A DNA stretch of 20,000 nt from an uncultured virus (IMG/VR IMGVR_UViG_3300027815_000008) (taxonomy: Duplodnaviria > Heunggongvirae > Uroviricota > Caudoviricetes): the IMG/VR virus record IMGVR_UViG_3300027815_000008. The stretch is one strand, 5' to 3'. Under the pieces are notes generated by a model, which saw nothing but the letters and a program-made list of their open reading frames with translations, had not been told where the DNA came from and ran no database searches. The translations under genes were made by a program, and so were the position numbers. Each line of letters opens with the position of its first letter. Position 1 is the stretch's first letter. Below, one piece after another: positions 16,055-20,000 of this stretch.

Positions 16055-16870
16055 TCAATCCCAGTCATACCCACAGACGTACAGGTACAATGAACGGGTC
16101 GTGTCGGCGACATCAATTTTGTAGTACACCTGCTGGCTGCTCGTTATAGGGCAGGGGAACTGCGTATACCCATAGGTATTCGCAGTCACGTTGGTCATCC
16201 AGGCATGACCAACGACGCCGTCTGGCCCAAAATGCACCAGCCGTGCTTCGAGGTTGGATATAAAGGCCAAGGTAAAGCGAGCATTCCTGGACTGTGGGGA
16301 TACTCTGCTGGACAGTGACACAGCCGTCCAGGTTGTGGCGTTACCCCCCGAAAGTATCGCTGGAAGCGAGTCGTAGTAATGCACGGTCTTCCCGACCCCT
16401 GAGTATGCAAGGATGTTGCCGGCGGCGTCCAATCGGGCAATGGTAGCCAGGGCAAAGTAAGTGTAGCCTGACGGAAGCGTGGGACTGGTTGCAGAGGCGC
16501 TCCAGGTAGACGCCGTTGTAGTTCCGTTGGATATGACATAGCCATAGATGAAGCTGCTGATCGAAAAGGCCCCGGCCTGGTCCCGACCGTTAACCGCTGG
16601 GCCTGCCACGCTCTTGTCCGGGACAACCGATACGCTGGTAACGGTTTTGGCGGTGTTGTTGGAGTCCGCAAGTGTCAAAGAATTCGCCGTAATCGTGCCG
16701 CTGTTTGCGCTGGTGTAGACGGTTAACAAGTTAGCCCGGGACCCTAGCGTATCCACACCGCCAATGACCTTGACCACGCCCGTCACATGGTTGAACTCCA
16801 GGCCCCCTCCAACCACGAGAAGGCCACAAGAAAGCATCCCGACCAGCAAGCCCAGCTTTCTGTAGTTCAT
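16055..16870 (-). CDS. Signal-peptide-bearing tail-fibre-tip-like protein, paralog 4
   Basis: N-terminus MNYRKLGLLVGMLSCGLLVVGGG; shared core LTLADSNN...VISNGTTTA...SPTLPSGYTY. Confidence 0.8.
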   Translation of the reverse strand: MNYRKLGLLVGMLSCGLLVVGGGLEFNHVTGVVKVIGGVDTLGSRANLLTVYTSANSGTITANSLTLADSNNTAKTVTSVSVVPDKSVAGPAVNGRDQAGAFSISSFIYGYVISNGTTTASTWSASATSPTLPSGYTYFALATIARLDAAGNILAYSGVGKTVHYYDSLPAILSGGNATTWTAVSLSSRVSPQSRNARFTLAFISNLEARLVHFGPDGVVGHAWMTNVTANTYGYTQFPCPITSSQQVYYKIDVADTTRSLYLYVCGYDWD

Positions 16871-16876
16871 AAAGCC

Positions 16877-17377
16877 CTACAGCTTGAGCTTCAACGCGGC
16901 TATCTCTGCCGTGAGATCGTCCTTCTGCTTGGTCAGATCAGCGTCCCCTGGCAGGTCTACCAGGAGATCGGTCACGGCGTTGAGCTTTTTCTTGGACTCG
17001 ACCAGCGCCGCAAGCGTGCTCTTGCGCTGGGCAGCCTTGATATCCACCAGAAGATCGGCTTCCGGGCGGCAGCAAAGATGAGGCTTTCCCGGGACCTCTT
17101 CTTCGATACGCAGCGTGGGAACACGCAGGCCCTGTGCCAGGTCCTGAGTGGCCTTCGTGGGTTCTGCGTCACAGGCGGGATGGCCGCACATGTCTTTGAA
17201 TGGCAACACCAAGACCTCTTCTCCTGGACCAGGCGTGCCCACGGCCTTGGGGTTAGACTCGCCCTGGTTCATCTCCAGCACGACCTTAGTGGCGCTGTTG
17301 ATGCGAAAGACATGAAACCCAGGGTCTGCCCACGCAGAGACCTGTACGCAGAACAAGAACATGATCACGAGTTTCAT
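16877..17377 (-). CDS. Secreted hypothetical protein with a Cys cluster and C-terminal coiled coil
   Basis: Signal peptide MKLVIMFLFCVQVSAWA with an AxA cleavage site; TAGGAG RBS; CGHPAC and CC motifs; heptad-patterned C-terminus. Confidence 0.8.
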   Translation of the reverse strand: MKLVIMFLFCVQVSAWADPGFHVFRINSATKVVLEMNQGESNPKAVGTPGPGEEVLVLPFKDMCGHPACDAEPTKATQDLAQGLRVPTLRIEEEVPGKPHLCCRPEADLLVDIKAAQRKSTLAALVESKKKLNAVTDLLVDLPGDADLTKQKDDLTAEIAALKLKL

Positions 17378-17385
17378 AAAGGCTC

Positions 17386-18216
17386 CTAAAAGTCGTCGTA
17401 GTACCCGTTCGTGTAAAGGCTTGTACGGTCGGACGTATCTGCGTTGCGGTACGTAATGTTCGTTCCGTCCGTGAGAACTTGAATCGGGACGTATACCGTA
17501 GGCGTTGCAGCGGGGGAATCAAGAGTAAAATAAAGGGAGCCTGTCGTCCAGCTTGTCCCCGGCCTGACAAAGTACGCGGCACTGGTTTGTGCCCCAGACG
17601 CACTGCCGCCGCTCTGAACGCCCAGCATAACCATTCGGGTTGTTGTGGGCACGAATGCTGTGACATCAACATTGGTGTTGGACGTAGCTGCCCCGTTTGA
17701 CAGAATGAGGATCTCGCCGTTCATACAAAAGGTGCCTTGTTGGACAAAATCCAGGAAAGTGCTGGTCCCATTGTTCCGTACCCACCCGACACGACGCTTG
17801 AACGTATACGTCGCAGGCAGCGTCGGGGAAGCCGTGGACGCAGAGAGCAACCCGGCAACGGTCGTGCCGTCGTTCTTGCAGATGACCCAGATACTCCTCC
17901 AGGCGGAAGCTGAATCCAACCCCGAAGCATCCGGGCCGTTGACCCCAACGGCAGCGGAGATGTCCAGTGTCAGGGAGATGTTGCGGACGACGCGGGCGTA
18001 CCCGTCCGCATCAGCCAGGGCAAGGGCGTCGGCGGCAACCGTGACGGTGTTGGCCGTGGCGTATTGGACTAGCAATGCCTGGTAAGCACCCAGGGGGGCC
18101 TCCCCACCCAGGCCCCTGACGGTGCCCGTCTGGGTGCTCATGTCCATGCTGCCAGCACCTAGAAGTAGCAGGCTGGCACAGAGAAGTCCTGATAGGAGAG
18201 CCAGCTTGGTTTTCAT
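17386..18216 (-). CDS. Signal-peptide-bearing tail-fibre-tip-like protein, paralog 3
   Basis: Start moved to ATG 18216 (MKTKLALLSGLLCASLLLLGAG, AAGGGA upstream). Core DISAAVGVNGPDASGLDSASAWRSIWVI...KRRVGWVRN. Confidence 0.85.
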   Translation of the reverse strand: MKTKLALLSGLLCASLLLLGAGSMDMSTQTGTVRGLGGEAPLGAYQALLVQYATANTVTVAADALALADADGYARVVRNISLTLDISAAVGVNGPDASGLDSASAWRSIWVICKNDGTTVAGLLSASTASPTLPATYTFKRRVGWVRNNGTSTFLDFVQQGTFCMNGEILILSNGAATSNTNVDVTAFVPTTTRMVMLGVQSGGSASGAQTSAAYFVRPGTSWTTGSLYFTLDSPAATPTVYVPIQVLTDGTNITYRNADTSDRTSLYTNGYYDDF

Positions 18217-18238
18217 AATGTCCCTTCTGCGCCTGTTG

Positions 18239-18433
18239 TTACTGGCTACTCCACAGATTGTCAAAGTACACTATAACGGCTATGTGGGCCGCGCCGACGC
18301 CGGAAAGGTCCGCCGTCGAGCACTGGTTGCGCTCCAGCACGAGACCATCAGATACGCGGATCCGCATGACGTGGAAGAGAGGGTCGGCATACGCCGCAGA
18401 TGCCAGCATAAGAAATAACCCGATGGTTTTCAT
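18239..18433 (-). CDS. Short (64 aa), possibly truncated paralog of the 16877..17377 secreted protein
   Basis: ATG at 18433 after TAGGA. MKTIGLFLMLASAAYA-DPLFHVMRIRVSDGLVLERNQ aligns with SAWA-DPGFHVFRINSATKVVLEMNQ. Confidence 0.7.
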   Translation of the reverse strand: MKTIGLFLMLASAAYADPLFHVMRIRVSDGLVLERNQCSTADLSGVGAAHIAVIVYFDNLWSSQ

Positions 18434-18440
18434 ATGGATC

Positions 18441-19226
18441 CTAGAGGTTGTCAAAATACCCCCCCTGGTCATAGAGATCTAAGTTTCCACCCGATTCGAC
18501 CCAGTATTTGATATTCTGGGTCGTGGAACACGGCACCCAGCCCATGGCGGACTCCGGGGCTTTTACGACCGCCACTTGTGGACCCTGACCAGCATATGTC
18601 AGATAGCATGTTCCTGCATTTCCTTGTAAGTAGGCGTGATACAAGCTGGCTGTAGGCGGGATATATGCGCTAACATCAATGTTTGTTGCGGTAGTCGCGG
18701 TGCCAGCAGAAAGGATATTCGTACTGCTGGTACCCTTCTGCACCCACCCGCCACGCTGTATAGATGTGATAAAATTACTGCTTGCATCGTTCCGTACCCA
18801 TCCAACACGCCTCTTGTACGTGTACCCAGATGGCATTGTGGGGGCTGTTTGTGACGCCGATAACAGCCCCGCCGTTGTCGTGCCATTGGAGATAACCCAG
18901 ATGCTTCTCCAAGCACTTACAGAATCCAGACCTGAAGCATCTGGTCCGTTAGCGCCAACGGCAGCCGAGATATCTGGGGTAACACTAACGGCATTGGCAA
19001 CCTTGCCAGAGTTGTTCGAGTCCGCCAGGGTGATCGTATCGACAGTGACAGTAACCGTATTGGCGGTGGCGTACTGGATCAATAAGTTGGAGTAGCTACC
19101 CAGAGGGATGGCGTCTCCAACGACCTTGAACGTTCCTGCCTGATGGTTGATCTCCAGGCTGGCGCCCATTGCAAGCAGGCACCCCAGGAAAAGGCCCAGG
19201 GTCAAGAACAGCTTTAAGGGTTTCAT
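18441..19226 (-). CDS. Signal-peptide-bearing tail-fibre-tip-like protein, paralog 2
   Basis: Start moved to ATG 19226 (TAGGAG RBS; MKPLKLFLTLGLFLGCLLAMGA). Same conserved core as paralogs 1 and 3. Confidence 0.85.
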   Translation of the reverse strand: MKPLKLFLTLGLFLGCLLAMGASLEINHQAGTFKVVGDAIPLGSYSNLLIQYATANTVTVTVDTITLADSNNSGKVANAVSVTPDISAAVGANGPDASGLDSVSAWRSIWVISNGTTTAGLLSASQTAPTMPSGYTYKRRVGWVRNDASSNFITSIQRGGWVQKGTSSTNILSAGTATTATNIDVSAYIPPTASLYHAYLQGNAGTCYLTYAGQGPQVAVVKAPESAMGWVPCSTTQNIKYWVESGGNLDLYDQGGYFDNL

Positions 19227-19233
19227 AGGGCTC

Positions 19234-20000
19234 CTACAGATTGTCAACCCAGCCACCAAGTAGATAGAGAGTCAAATTACCGGCAGTTACCTTGTACTGT
19301 ATAACCTGAGAAGTAGAACAAGCCATCCAATAACCGCCGCTCTCTGACGCACTAGATCCGACTATGTTTCGTGAGTATATCTTACAGGAGAGATATCCAA
19401 TATTTCCGCTGGCCATTACCAGGTACACGTTGGTCATTGTCGCTGTGCTGGGCAGATGCGCGCTTAGATCAATGTCCACCATAGTAGTGCTTGTGCCAGT
19501 ATTTAATACTTGCTGATCTCCGCCGCCGAGTTGTACTAGCATGTTTCGTTGGGTGAACGGAATAAAGGCGCTACTCGCGTCATTCTTGACCCACCCGACC
19601 CTGCGCTTGTACGTGTACCCGCTGGGCATCGTAGGGGCCGTGGTGGAGGCGGATAACAAACCAGCCGTGGTAGTGCCGTTAGAAATGACCCAGATGCTTC
19701 GCCACGTTGAGACAGCATCCAGACCAGAAGCGTCTGGACCGTTTGCTCCCACGGCAGCTGAGATGTCAGGCGCTACGCTGACAGTGTTGACGACTTTCCC
19801 AGAGTTATTGGAGTCTGCCAGAGTAATGCTGTCTACCGTAACCGTAACTACGTTGGCGCTGGTGTAGACGATCAAGAGGTTGGAGTAACTTCCAAGAGGA
19901 ACAGCATCTCCAACGATCTTGAAAGATCCTGTGGTGGAGTTGATCTCAAAGCCAGCGCCCGTAATGCCCAGGCATATCAAAGCCAGGCCTAGAACAACAC
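19234..20000 (-). CDS. Signal-peptide-bearing tail-fibre-tip-like protein, paralog 1; 5' end outside the window
   Basis: Frame stays open to the window edge (..VVLGLALICLGITGAGFEIN..). Core nearly identical in protein to paralog 2. Confidence 0.85.
   Translation of the reverse strand, partial: VVLGLALICLGITGAGFEINSTTGSFKIVGDAVPLGSYSNLLIVYTSANVVTVTVDSITLADSNNSGKVVNTVSVAPDISAAVGANGPDASGLDAVSTWRSIWVISNGTTTAGLLSASTTAPTMPSGYTYKRRVGWVKNDASSAFIPFTQRNMLVQLGGGDQQVLNTGTSTTMVDIDLSAHLPSTATMTNVYLVMASGNIGYLSCKIYSRNIVGSSASESGGYWMACSTSQVIQYKVTAGNLTLYLLGGWVDNL

Noticed and set aside
16055..19226. Lipoprotein signal peptides (FLGC, MLSC)
   Set aside because: The Cys lies mid hydrophobic stretch and is followed by more hydrophobic residues; a signal peptidase I site or uncleaved anchor fits better. 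SignalP would decide.
748..19240. TAG stop-codon reassignment (most genes end in TAG)
   Set aside because: The TAGs fall at homologous C-termini and are followed by an RBS and a new start, and long ORFs are intact in the standard code.
16055..20000. Diversity-generating retroelement or invertase shufflon acting on the paralog tips
   Set aside because: No reverse transcriptase or recombinase in the window, no near-identical template/variable repeat pair with adenine-specific differences, and all copies are co-oriented with their own starts. A distant element cannot be excluded.
1..20000. CRISPR array, tRNA genes, rRNA, IS elements
   Set aside because: No regularly spaced repeats, cloverleafs, rRNA motifs or transposase ORFs were seen on reading.

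Overview
GC-rich window that most likely comes from a large, uncultured phage or prophage. This is inferred from fibre-type repeats and gene organisation; no capsid, portal, terminase, integrase or endolysin gene is recognisable here. It has three blocks. (1) 1-11664 is a minus-strand run of virion-appendage-like genes: three long fibre-like proteins, two small ORFs, two beta-helix paralogs and a 10-repeat protein. (2) 11901-13041 is a short plus-strand island of two unknown ORFs separated by a ~300-nt, densely base-paired, GNRA-tetraloop-rich segment that looks like an unidentified structured RNA, and it is closed by a double hairpin. (3) 13052-20000 is a tightly coupled minus-strand operon. 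It encodes four paralogous tail-fibre-tip-like proteins that unexpectedly carry signal-peptide-like N-termini, two secreted partner paralogs, a small helical protein, two tandem receiver-domain + transmembrane + coiled-coil proteins, a receiver-less relative, and an SNase-family nuclease whose 5' end is also present as a remnant copy. The best candidates for something new are the structured RNA, the receiver-fused holin-like membrane proteins and the exported fibre-tip array.
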